A stretch of 64,000 bases of DNA from Eledone cirrhosa (lineage: Eukaryota): contig OZ024749.1 of the NCBI GenBank assembly GCA_964016885.1, positions 18,166,001 through 18,230,000 on the forward strand. The letters are read 5' to 3'. This document shows positions 24,963-37,108 of the stretch, piece by piece. Every line of letters begins with the position of its first letter. The stretch's first letter is position 1. A model generated the notes under the pieces. That model was not told the origin of the DNA. It saw only the letters and a list, made by a program, of their open reading frames with translations, and did not search any database. Both the position numbers and the translations under genes were made by a program.

Positions 24963-26209
24963 TACTCATTTCATGTTAAAACTCCCTCTAAACTCCGAAT
25001 GAGTTCCAAGACATCATTTTCGAAGGGTAACAATGCTGGGTTCCACGGAGGGTTATTATAGGTTTTAAATCCAAATTTGTCCTGTTTGTTGTCTGCTTTT
25101 CGCAGATTATCGAAATAAAAGAATCTCAAACATTCAACATTTCCAAAGGCTCAGCATCGGCAACAGCTCTCCAAAGAACTTGCTTCATTGTTTGGGATGA
25201 ATGCATTATGTCACATCGTGGAGTTCTAGATGTACTTGACCATACCCTCCAAGACATAAAAAACAATAGCATGTTCATGGGAGGAGTAACAGTTCTTTTT
25301 GCAGGAGATTTCTGTCAAATGGTGCCAGTTATCTCCAAAGGAACACAAGCTGATGAGGTCAATGCATGATTTAAAACATCATAACTTTGGAGAAATGTGA
25401 AAAAACTTCATCTTACAAGCAACATGAGAGTACATCTACGAGGTGATCATACAGCTGGTGAATTCTGAGAGGAGCTTCTTAAGATTGGTAATGAGATATT
25501 AACATTCAGCTACATGAAATTACATGTGATAGAATGGTACTTTCTTGTAAGGATCTTATGGATAAAGTATTTCCTAATTTATCTGTCAATCACACTGATA
25601 TAAACTGGCTATGTGAAAAGTTATACTGACTCCAACTAATGAAATGATTGATAAACTCAATCATGAACTTCTTTAAAAGTTAAAACACATCAGAAATGAT
25701 TTTGCGATCAACTCACACATCAGTCAATCAATACCATATTGAATTTCTGAACACACTTAAACCCACTGGGATGTCACAGCATAACTTGACACTAAAGCTG
25801 GGTGCTCCCATTATGTTGCTTAGGAATCTTTACCTACCTAGCCTGTGTAATGAAACTCACTTAATTGTTACTTTCCATGAAGCCCCATGTCCTAGAGGCA
25901 ACAATCATAACAGGTAGGCACAAAGGAGAAAATGTTTTTATTCTAAGAATTCCTCTCATACCTACAGCTGTTCCATTTGAATTTAAAAGGCTTCAGTGTC
26001 CAGTCAAACTAACTTTTGTTATTTCAATTAACAAATCTCAGGGTCAATCCCTCAAGGTAGTTGGACTTGATCTCTCTACTACATGTTTCTCTCATGGCCA
26101 CCTCTATGTTGGTTGCTCGTGAGTTGAAAGCAGTAACAATTTATTCATTTGGACACCAACAAAAAATTACACAATGAATATTGTTTACCCTGAGGTGCTT
26201 CAAGATTGA
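24963..26209 (+). pseudogene. Helitron-type PIF1 helicase relic
   Basis: THFMLKLPLN, IVWDECIMSH, GGVTVLFAGDF.Q, LKLGAPIMLLRNL, FKRLQCPVKL..INKSQGQSL..FSHGHLYVGCS, NIVYPEVL. Many stops. Confidence 0.85.
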
Positions 26210-26512
26210 CAGATTTTCATTTCTAAATTCTTTTACCCTTAATATTTTGATATTTTAAATAAAATATAGATGTTTTGAAATAATTACGAGAAAAAAAAAT
26301 CTGCATATTTATTGTTCACTAATCAGCAGTAACCTGGTAGGCAGATATACAGATAAATAGAGTGAGAGTGAGACATAGGTAGCTAGACAGACAGATAGAT
26401 AAATAGATTGCCATGGATAGATAGGTGGATATTATAGATAAATTGATAGATAGATTGATAAATATACAATGATTTGGAAACATTTTCAGTATTTATCAAT
26501 AGTGATGGTCAT

Positions 26513-26770
26513 CATCATCATCATCATTTTACGTCCACTTTTCCCTGCTTGCAAGGGTGGGATAGGAACTGATTCTGGCTTGATTTCTACAGCTGGATGC
26601 CCTTCCTAACACCTACCTCATTTACAGTGAGTGCTGGGTGCTTTTTTTACGGGGCGCCTACATGACCACTTTGCAGTGGAATGATAGGGACCCCAGTCCT
26701 ATCATCTCATTTCTACAGCTGAGTAAACTGGAGCAATGTGAAATAAAGTGTCTTGCTCAAGGAAACATTG
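26513..26770 (-). mobile_element. SINE, 5'-truncated copy of the 11394-11741 family
   Basis: Sequence identity with that family. Confidence 0.75.
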
Positions 26771-26822
26771 AACTATAATCAATAGAATAAGACAAATCTA
26801 CAGAGTATATATGTTGACCCAC

Positions 26823-26970
26823 CTTAATAGCAGGTGTGTTGATTAACAACTGTGCAATAGCTGTACAGTTGTTCTCAATGGCTGTGTGGAGTAGAGTATC
26901 CCCTTCTTTATTCTGACTATTTACATCCGCTCCAGATGACAGCAAGGATTTCACCTCTTCATAGTTTTTT
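26823..26970 (-). CDS. Ankyrin-repeat exon (148 nt)
   Basis: TTTCAG acceptor and AAG|GTGGGT donor. Reads KNYEEVKSLLSSGADVNSQNKEGDTLLHTAIENNCTAIAQLLINTPAIK. Confidence 0.75.
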
Positions 26971-27016
26971 CTGAAAGTAGTAGAAATAAATACAAATACA
27001 CATATATAGGAAATGA

Positions 27017-27255
27017 AGGCACATGGCTTAGTGGTTAGTGTGTTCTACTGAAGATCATAAGGTTGTGAGTTTGATTCCTGGGGATGTCTTGTGTCTTTTA
27101 GCAAGACACTTTATTACATGATGATCCAGTCTACTCAACTAGCAAAACTGAGTTGTACCAGTAATACAAAGGGTCAGCCTTGTTAAACTGCTTATCCTTG
27201 AGAACTACAATAAAGGTACACATTCATGTCTGTAAAGTGGTTGGTGATAGGAAGG
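27017..27255 (+). mobile_element. Degenerate tRNA-derived SINE
   Basis: GGCACATGGCTTAGTGGTTAG...GAGTTTGATTCC...GCAAGACACTTT. Confidence 0.6.
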
Positions 27256-27269
27256 GCATGATAGACCAG

Positions 27270-27712
27270 GATACTGGAATAGCCTAGCATCCTCATCTAG
27301 GAGCATCAACTGATACATCAGTAAGGCCTAGTGATGGTGAGGCTGAGATGCTGAAATAGCCAAACACCTTCACTGAGGAGCATCAAGTAATACATCAGTA
27401 AAGCATGGTGATGGTAAGACTAAGATACTGCAATAGCCAAGTACCCTCCCCTAGGAGTATCAACTGATATATCAATAAAACATGGTGATAGCGAGACTGA
27501 GATGCTGGAATAGCCAAGCACCTTCACATAACAGCACCATGAGATACATCAGTAAAGCAAGGTGATGGTGAGACTGAGATACTGGAATAGCCAAGCTCTC
27601 TCACCAGGGAGTATCAACTGGTATGACCGTAAGGCCTGGTGATGGTGAGGCTGAGATGCTGGAATAACCAAGCAGCCACACCACCAGGAACATCACCTAA
27701 TACATTGGTAAG
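27270..27712. repeat. ~77-bp minisatellite, about 6 diverged copies (intronic)
   Basis: GAT(A/G)CTGGAATAGCCAAG...GTGATGGTGAG.CTGA recurs every ~77 bp. Confidence 0.8.
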
Positions 27713-27814
27713 TGAAGCCACCAACAAGAACAAGAGCCTCATTGTCAATGGCTACCAACTCCCCCACGAAAGTATGAAATGAATCAAACAGAATAGAAAT
27801 AATTGTAAACTTAC

Positions 27815-27864
27815 TGTGAAACAGCTTTATGTAGTGGTGTGTTACCACTTCTGTCATCCTTTAA
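27815..27864 (-). CDS. Ankyrin-repeat exon (50 nt)
   Basis: TTACAG acceptor and CA|GTAAGT donor. LKDDRSGNTPLHKAVS joins in frame (phase 2) to 26970, giving GNTPLHKAVSQKNYEEVKSLL. Confidence 0.75.
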
Positions 27865-27894
27865 CTGTAAACCAGCTGCTGCGCCAGATAAATT

Positions 27895-28938
27895 CTTAAC
27901 GTCAGTCTTCCACGCTAGCATGGGTTGGACGGTTTTGTTTCACTTAAGGCAAGATTGGTCGGGAGACTGTGTCCCGCTCATACAGAACTGTCCCTGGCAG
28001 GTTTTCTATGGCTGGATGCCCTTCCTAACACCAACCACATTTACAGTGTGGACTGGGAGTTTTTGTTGTGTCACCAACATGACCACTTTACAGTGGACGG
28101 AAATGGGAGGACGGAGTAGGGTGTGTGGAGTGGGGTGTATATTGGGTTAAGAGGTACCTACTGACTGTAGGTTTAAGTTTGTATGCCAGAGAAAGCTGGT
28201 CTTCTGTACAACTGCATAGTGCCAAAGATCTCGATCCAGTGATATTGTCTTAGAGAGGTTTAAGTGAGCAAGGTCAGTTTTTATCAGCTCGTCCCAGGTT
28301 TTCTTTGGTCTACCCACTCCGTAGCTTCCATCAATGTTCATTGCCCTGCACATTTTTATACAGCTGTTGTCCTTCATACGCATCACATGACCATACCAAC
28401 ACAATATTCTCTCCAGAACACAACATTTGACACCTCTTATGCTTAGTCTCTGTCTCAATTCGTTTATGCTTTGCCATTCACGCACATTACTATTACACAT
28501 CCATTGGAGCATGCAAGCTTCATTTCTTTCTAATCTACACAGGTCTTCAGCACTCAACGCCCAAGTCTCACTACCATGTAACATACAATTTGCCTTTCAC
28601 CTTTAGAAAAAACCCGTTGCCGCCAACAGCAGTATTAGCTCTCTCAACTTTTTCCATCTCGTTTTAACTCTGGCTACTACACTTTCAGAGCACCCTCCTC
28701 CACTGCTGATTTTGTTACCCAGTTAATGGAAAGTGTCTACTATTTCTATAGAACCATCTGGGCAGTTGAAGGAGATAGAATCCAGTAGTTCTATAGAAAT
28801 CATCATCACTGTTTTACGTCCATTCTTCCACACTAGCATGGGTTAGATGGGTTGTCCTGTTGTAGGCGATGTTAGGTCGGGTGACCTTGTCTTGCTCATA
28901 CGGGAACTGATTTTGGCTTGATTTCTACAGCTGGATGC

Positions 28939-28940
<2 letters not shown>
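27895..28940 (-). mobile_element. RTE 3' fragment with flanking RTE-tail SINE pieces
   Basis: MLHGSETWAL..RLERNEACML..WYGHV..GVGRPKKTW, plus SINE cores. Confidence 0.8.
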
Positions 28941-29003
<63 letters not shown>

Positions 29004-29345
29004 AGTGTATTTTATTAAATGTAACTTAAATTAAAACCTTCAATGTATGATTTTTGCCTATGAAAAATAATCTAAAAAAGGGGGATACCATTGCCTATGT
29101 GACTCAAACTCACATTTGCCTTATACAGGACATCTGTACTTACCAGTTGCAATCAATATATATATATATATATATATGTATGTATATATACACACACACA
29201 TATAAGGGTGAGTCAAAATATAATGCAATTTTTGTCATAGAAAACAACATCATACTTCGGGACTGGGCATATCAAAAGATCGAAATAACGGGGGTAAACT
29301 TTGTTCCATCATTATGCTTTTCTTGTTTTTCTGTTCAAGTTCTAG

Positions 29346-29403
29346 CTGTCTGATGAGGTCATAGCTGTTGAATAATGATTATCATCCGAAATATATATAA
29401 CAG
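29346..29403 (+). ncRNA. Minimal type I hammerhead ribozyme
   Basis: ctgt-CTGATGA-gg...cc-GAAA-TATATA-TA-acag. Canonical core with palindromic stem III. Confidence 0.65.
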
Positions 29404-30269
29404 TGAATATGTATAAACGAAGTTAATTTTAACCTATTGATGAGGGAAAGGAGATAATTTGACTACTTAACAACGAGTATTTAATATAATTTAATGTTGA
29501 AATACTAAGGAGATATTTAAAGAAAAAGGAAGAGAGGTGTTAGTAGTATACTTAATAGTAGAATAAAAAGTGAATATAGGAGTGAAAAGAAATAGCATGC
29601 AAAATTAATGGAGGGGGTTAATATAGGAGGAATTATTAAAATTGAAATAATTAGGAGGTGTGATGTATATTAAGAGAATGGAGGAAAGATAAATAAAAGT
29701 ATATTATAAAATAAAGGGTAAGAAAATTATAGAAGAAAAGAAAAGTAAGATTATCATGTCCAGGCTATGTATATGAGAGTGTAAGAGGTCAAATTATTAG
29801 GTAAATGTTCATCAAGTGGTTAATTTAAGTGTAGAGTTAAGGGGAGGTTTAGGTTGAGGGTTATACATAGGTGTGAAAAAATAGAGTGAAGAAGAAAAGG
29901 AAAGACTAAAGATATGAAAGGAAAATAAGTGTTAATAAGTTATGCTAAGGTAAAAGGAGATTCAGAATACTAATTATAAAGATAAAAATAAAATATAGAT
30001 AGAAATTAAAATATTTTTAAAAAAGGGGTTTATAAAGAATATGGTCAAAGAGTATAAAATTAATCACAAAAGGGGGAAAAAGGCCTAGATAAAGAGGGTT
30101 AATACTAATAAGAAATAGGATAGAGGGATATTATGGGAAATGTATTATAAATAAATAATTATAATTCTCACAACTAATCTCCTATCTCTCCTCCTTGGTT
30201 AGTTGGTACACATAATTTTGATATATATATATATATAATGTAAGTATACGAACAGCAATAAATGTAAAT

Positions 30270-30853
30270 TAACTGAGAGAGAAACTGGGTATAAGAGGGA
30301 TCAGATGCAGTATGCTAGAGTGGAGAATGTGTTGGTTTGGTCATGTGATGCATATGAAGGACAGCAGTTGTATAAAAAGGTACAGGACGATCAAAATTGA
30401 TGGAATCTATGGAGTAGGCAGACCCAGGAAGACCTGGGATAAGGTGATAAAAGCTGACCTTGCACACTTGCACCTCTCAAAGACAATGACACAGGATCGA
30501 GATCACTGGTGTTAAGCAGTAATATACAATACACACCTTGCCATGTTCACAGACTCAAACATACATCTAGTAGGCACCTCTTAAACACTGTACCCACTCC
30601 TGTCCACACTACCCTTACACTGTGAATAAAACATATCCAGCCCACACGGTAAATGGTTGTGTAGGAGCCACGACAAAAAGCACCCAGCACACATTGTAAA
30701 TGTGGTTGGCATTAGGAGAGACATCCAGCTGTAGAAACCTAGCCAGAAATAGTTCTATGTGAGTAAGACACGGTCACCTGACGCGACTTGCATGAAATGG
30801 GACAACCCATCTAACCCATGCTAGCATGAAAAATGGACATTAAACGATGATGA
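30270..30853 (+). mobile_element. RTE 3' fragment plus RTE-tail SINE
   Basis: WFGHVMHMKD..GRPRKTW; CCCATGCTAGCATG...(GAT)n. Confidence 0.75.
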
Positions 30854-31113
30854 TATATAATTTCATAAAAATGCGTTTTGTACAAGAAAATACATAAATA
30901 TAGGTGAAGATAGGATAAAAGTTCAAATATAAGATTTATGACTATAAACCATTCAGACAGGTTTGAATAACAGAACAGCTTACTCATAAAATTAAGGTGC
31001 AAAAGATACAATAAGCTCCTGGGAATTGAACTCAGAACCTTATGATCATGAGACAAACACACTAACCACTAAGTCATGAATGGAAATATACAGACAGATT
31101 ATCAAATATTTAC

Positions 31114-31260
31114 TGACTAAATCCATCCACCGTACATACAGTCATTCCACACTGGGTACATTGTTCAATTGAGGAACAATATTTTTCACATGCAACTTTA
31201 TGTTGACATGGATTGGATGTTATGGTGGCTTCATTAGTCTTACATGGGTGACATACAGCT
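31114..31260 (-). CDS. RING-finger-like exon (MIB/IAP-type C3HC4 spacing), probably the same gene as the ankyrin exons
   Basis: TTACAG acceptor. Reads CHPC..PCQHKVACEKYC..CTQC. Donor position uncertain. Confidence 0.55.
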
Positions 31261-31667
31261 CTGTAAAAGAAAATAAAGATACAACCCACCAACAACATTA
31301 ATTTACACCCAATATTACATTGTATACAAGTTTACAGAGATTATGTGTGAAGGGTATAACAACCTCTCTAGTATTGGTGACATGATAAAATACAACCAGT
31401 ACACTCTGTAATGTGGTTGGTAATAGGAAGGACTTCCTGTCATACAAAACTTTCCAAACAAAAGATAGAGAGGATTCTGTAGTGGTTTCAAAGACATGAC
31501 AACATCCCTAGTGCTGGTGCCATGATTAAATCAACAGTGCATTTCATGATGATGATGATGATGATTTATAATAAAAGGTGGGATTTGAACTCAGAACGTT
31601 CATGGCCATAACTCTATGCTGCAAAACATGGTGTGTGACGCTCTACTGATACTGCCAATCCATAATC

Positions 31668-32220
31668 AATAATAATAATGAAAATTATTGTGTACAATGC
31701 TCAGGTGCACTACAACTCATCAAAGGTGCATGTATAGTACATAGAGTAATGTACAAATATCAGGAAAGTGAACAGTGATTGAGTCATGATATATACACAC
31801 ACATGCGTGAAGGTGAGAATATCAGGTGTAGTGTTGGTGAATTTCAGGAAGGATGGAGGTGTTAAAGGATGCAGTGTCCTGACAGCTAACAACTGATGCA
31901 GGTAGTTGGTTCCAAGCTTCAGTAACTCTGAGCATGAAAAGATGTTTCCGAAAGTCATGGGATCTGTACTGTTTTCCTGCTATTTCTTGGCTTAAAGCAG
32001 AAATCAGTTGTCGAACTTCCGCAACTTCTGTATTGATGGTCGATTTTTGTTGTTGTTGTTGTTGTTGATGTTCTTCAACAAGAGTGGTAGGGGAAGACAT
32101 GGTCGTTGGTTTGTGTTGTTGTTCAACAGCAATGGTATAGGAAGGCACACAGGCCAGGGACTGAATGGACCAATTTGGTAGCTGCACCTTTTCCCAGTGT
32201 CCATCCATCATAGACATATG
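31668..32220 (-). mobile_element. CR1-like LINE 3' end joined to a short upstream segment
   Basis: HDFRKHLFMLRVTEAWNQLPASVV..TASF matches the CR1 ORF2 C-terminus. Short 3' UTR and (ATT)n tail. Confidence 0.7.
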
Positions 32221-32237
32221 GTGTCTTTTTTTTTGAC

Positions 32238-32457
32238 CTGGGATCTTAGGAAAGTTTATGGCACATTGAAGGCAGACAGAAACATGGCATTTACCACATT
32301 GAATCTATCTATTTTGAAAATAGTTCTTGGGTTCTGTACATAGATGACAGACATGATTTTCATGGCAATCTTCTATTTTGGGACAGTGAACAGTTTTATT
32401 ACACACACCTCATCTATGGATGTCACCATAGCAATTATGTTTTGTCTGTCCATCCAT
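32238..32457 (-). pseudogene. Cys/His-rich exon-like segment with two in-frame stops
   Basis: MDGQTKHNCYGDIHR*GVC..CHLC..*IQCGKC..CLQC. Lies upstream of the RING exon. Confidence 0.35.
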
Positions 32458-32694
32458 ACAATACAACAATAGGTAAACAAATAGATATGTTAAGGAGATA
32501 AATAAAATATATTTTCTTTCTGTTTTCCTATTCTATATGCGTGTGTATATAAAAAGATCTACACATGTATATATAATTAAGAGATGTATATAGGCTAGAA
32601 ATGAAGTCTACGTCCAGTGTTTATAATGTAGGTACGATAGTTACTATAGTTTCTCACACACGAAATGGGATTTCTTTTTTACTTTCTGTGTGTG

Positions 32695-32899
<205 letters not shown>

Positions 32900-33483
32900 T
32901 TTTTGACTCTGTATCAAATGAATTATATCGTTGAAAATTTTGTATTTTAAACTTTGCTTCACGACATCTACATACGGTTTAGACCCTACCACTAATTGGT
33001 GTATCTACATATATATTTGTGTGTGTGTATCTACATATATATATATGTGTGTGTGTATATCTACATATATATGTGTGTATCTACATATATATATATGTAT
33101 GTGTGTGTATCTATCTATCTATATATATATATATATGTGTGTGTGCGTGTGTGTCTACATATATATATGTGTGTGTGTCACTACATATATATATATATAT
33201 GTGTGTGTATCTACATATATATGTGTGTGTGTCTCTCTTTTCCTCTCTTTACGTTGCATTACTACCATGTTGTTTGTTTCCTTTCCTCCGTTTTCCTCTG
33301 TCCCGATAAACTTAATTTAGTTATCGCTCGCACTGATTTTAGGTATCTAGTCTTTAATGCGAAGAAATACCAATGATAATCATCAGGCTACTGATGAAGG
33401 ACATTCTTGTTTCTCGGTCTATTTTTATTCATATGTTCATATTCGCAACAATGCAGCACACCATTTTTCATTCATATATATAT

Positions 33484-34075
33484 ATATATTGAAAGGATAA
33501 CAACGACGATTGGTTACTCCTTCATTACATTTATTGGTAGGTGACGCATGTTTCGCCACTGATCAGCTCAAGGTTCGATCTGTATCAATCTTACCCGACT
33601 CAAAAATCGGCAGCTCGACGGACCCTTTAAAATGGTATAAGAAAATGAATACATGCTATGTGATCAAGTCAGAAGTTCATAAGTTGTACAATATGAGTTG
33701 TTTTGATTGGTGGAAAAGATCTTAGGGATGTATTGGCCTGTAGTGAATGTAGGGGTGGATGTGATGATAAGATGTTGGTGACGGTCGCTGGCTGTGATGT
33801 GGGGGTGGCAGATTGACTTTCACCTGTAGTGTATGTGAGGGTGGATGTGATGATAAGATGTTGGTTGCGGTCACTGACTGGGATGGGTTGTGGTGTGGGG
33901 GTAGTGGATTGTCGGTAGACAGGTTGCCGTATATTTGTGACTGGTTATTGTGTGGGGTGTGGTTGTGGTGTTGTTGTTTATGGTAGTGGCGTTTGTGGTG
34001 GTGTGGTGGATGTGTTGGTGGTGTCAAGTCCGTGGGGAGGTACATATCTAGACACTCTTAGTCTGACAAATACGT

Positions 34076-34114
<39 letters not shown>

Positions 34115-34505
34115 GCGCATATGTACTGACATATATACATACACACCTATATACACACACATAGACGCGCCCACATACATGCACACATACATATATCTGT
34201 ATGCATATATACACACACATATATATGCTCATGCGCGTGTGTGGATATATAGAGAGAGGGGGAGTATCGGTGGGGGTGGCGTAGTACAAAGATAGAGGGA
34301 GGGTGAGAGCCAATGGAGATGGTGTTGTAGATATAGACATACACATATAGATATACACACATATAGATATACACATACATATATATATATATACACACAC
34401 ATATATACATATATATACATATATATATATATATGTATATATGCATATATATATATGTATATATGCATATATATATGTATATATGCATATATATATATAT
34501 ATATA

Positions 34506-34541
<36 letters not shown>

Positions 34542-35125
34542 TATATATATATATATATGCATATATATATGTATATATGCATATATATATATATATGCAT
34601 ATATATACGCATACATATATATGCATATAGATATATGCACGTGTGGATGTATGTGGGCGCGTGTATGTGTGTGTATGTATATATGTCAGTACATATGCGC
34701 ATGTATATACAACCCATCCCAGTCAGCGGCCGTCACCAACATCTTATCATCACATCCACTCCTACATACACTACAGGCGAAAGTTAATCTGCCACCCCCA
34801 CATTACGGCCCATCACAGCCAGCGACCGTCACCAACATCTTATCATCACTTCCACCCCTACATACACTACAGGCCAATACATCCCTAAGATCTTTTCCAC
34901 CAATCAAAACAACTCATATTGTACAACTTATGAACTCTGACTTTATCACATAGCATGTATTCATTTTCTTATAGCATTTTAAAGGGTCTGTCGAGATGCC
35001 GATTATTGATTCGGGTAATATCGATACAGATCAAACCATGAGCTGATCAGTGGCGAAACGCGCGTCACCTACCGTTAAATGTAATGAAGGAGTAACCAAT
35101 CGTCGTTGTTATCCTTTCAATATAT
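33484..35125. mobile_element. PLE-like non-coding element with ~410-bp inverted arms (33484-33890 / 34710-35125)
   Basis: Inverted repeat visible. Right arm carries GAAACGCGCGTC (HHR stem III signature); the left arm has the variant GAAACATGCGTC. Confidence 0.6.
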
Positions 35126-35233
35126 TACACTCTGTATAGCTCTACACCTCAACACAGAAGTGAACCTAAACATCGAGTGCTCACCCGGGTGAACCTGCAG
35201 TAACTCCAAGTTACACTCCCTATATATATATAT

Positions 35234-35316
<83 letters not shown>

Positions 35317-35331
35317 TGTATATATATATAT

Positions 35332-35453
35332 ATTAAAATAACAGATTAAAGTTTAAGCAAAGAATCGCTGCTTTCACCCTTAACGGGATCTTCTGAAACT
35401 TATCCTTATCGAGCCCTCTTTGGATTTTAGTCTTCAAATTTTATTATTATTAC

Positions 35454-35455
<2 letters not shown>
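35332..35455. mobile_element. Rearranged terminus of PLE family 1 within (TA)n
   Basis: 35332-35400 matches 21052-21120. 35401-35455 is the reverse complement of ~20960-21010. Confidence 0.75.
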
Positions 35456-35488
<33 letters not shown>

Positions 35489-36139
35489 GTATATGTATCT
35501 ATATATGTATATATATATATATACAGTGGCGTAGCTAGGGTGTGGCAAGGAGGGCACATGCCACGGGCGCCATATTTAGGGGGGGGGGGGCGCAATTTTG
35601 ACCTAGACCGATTTACATCCATGTCGTTTTTATCATTTTTAAAAATATAAGCCAAAATGATTGATAAACCAATTGTGATTGATAAGCCAATGTGATTTCT
35701 TGATAGCCGACTTCCACGCCATGTCTAGTGCACTAGACAGAGCAGATGTCTGATTTGACTGCACAAAAACGCCCCCCACCTTCTTCCACATTGACAGCAA
35801 TTATGCGGGCGCTATTTTTAGCTATACATTGAAAAACAGCGGATACTTCCCTTGACCTCACAACCCACAACCCCCTCACACACACACTGACTGAAGGGAC
35901 GTAGTTTTGGACGTGCAACTGGTGGACACGCAGGCGCTATTTTTTGCAATGACCAATACAAGATAATTATAATTATGAAGCTGGTTTACAAAACAGAGTA
36001 GTTTGTCTTTTACAACTGGTACATAAGACGTATAGAAAAGGTATCATAATCCAAATGACAAGATAGGATCTGATAGCTTCTATTAGGAATTCAATTTGAC
36101 TCCAGTTTAGATGATTCAATGTTTTCTTCTATAATAGAA

Positions 36140-37108
36140 TTTACTAAATCGTATCCAAAAAGCAAGATACTATGGTCTGCTGATTGATTCGACCCCTAAC
36201 AAGGCGCACCGAGAACAACTGTCAAAAGTTGTGCGATATGTCGATGTTGATTTCAATATGAAGACGGTCGTTGTGAGGGAATTTTTTCTTGGATTCATTC
36301 AAGTAATCAAAAAAGATCCCGCAAGCCTTGTTGAAACAATCGTGAAAGAGCTAGAAAAAGATGACCTACCACTGCAGAACTGTCGATCGCAGTGCTGGGC
36401 ACCGCAATGGGGTTCAGCAGAGAATGAGAGAGAAGAAGAATTTGATTCACTTCGTTAATTGCGATAACCCTTCACTTAATCTGGCTGGTCTTCATGCAGC
36501 CAAAAACGAATCTGCTATGATGAACTTTTTCAGTTGCATTGACTTTTTTTCTCGTTCAACACGACGATGGGAAGCCCTTAAAGAAGTGGTTGTTAAATAT
36601 CCTTTCGACACGCGGTGGAGTGCTAGATGTACCGCAGTCAGACCGGTGGCGAATTATTTGACGCTGATTGTTCAAGTTCTCGGAAAAATTAGTGATGATG
36701 AATCAGAGACATGCGAGAGTAGAAGTGATGCCAGTAATCTCCATAATCGGATACTGAGTTATGAATTCCTGAACTTGATTGGAACACGATTCTCTCACGA
36801 ATTGACCGGGTTCAAAAGAGACTTCAAGATCCAAGAATGAATTTTCACGATGCTGCAGCTGATATAGGAGCCCTTCAACTTTATTTTAAAGAAGAAGGAA
36901 CATCCTTAATCCACGAGTCTCTTGAAATGGACTTCGACCTCTGCCAGAAATGGAATGTCGATTTTCTGAGGAGGCGAGGAAGACGACAAACCAATACCGA
37001 AATTACTGAGGACGTCGAGGTGGCTGCCAGAAAAGAGATAGAGAGAGCAATGCAAAGTTCACTCAATCGTCTTCAAACAGAAATGGAAGAACGGTTTATT
37101 CGACTTAA
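36140..37108 (+). pseudogene. hAT transposase, central part
   Basis: YYGLLIDSTP..HREQLS..VRYV..EFFLGF, C.N.SLNL, FFSRSTRRW, TRWSAR. Confidence 0.8.

Noticed and set aside
27270-27712. CRISPR-like periodic array
   Set aside because: The whole 77-bp unit is repeated with no unique spacers, and the context is eukaryotic.
32410-32412. TGA at a CxxC position as selenocysteine
   Set aside because: A TAG follows in the same frame and no SECIS was identified; pseudogenisation is simpler.
33385-33420. HHR starting at CTGATGAAGG
   Set aside because: No downstream GAAA or stem III; at best truncated.
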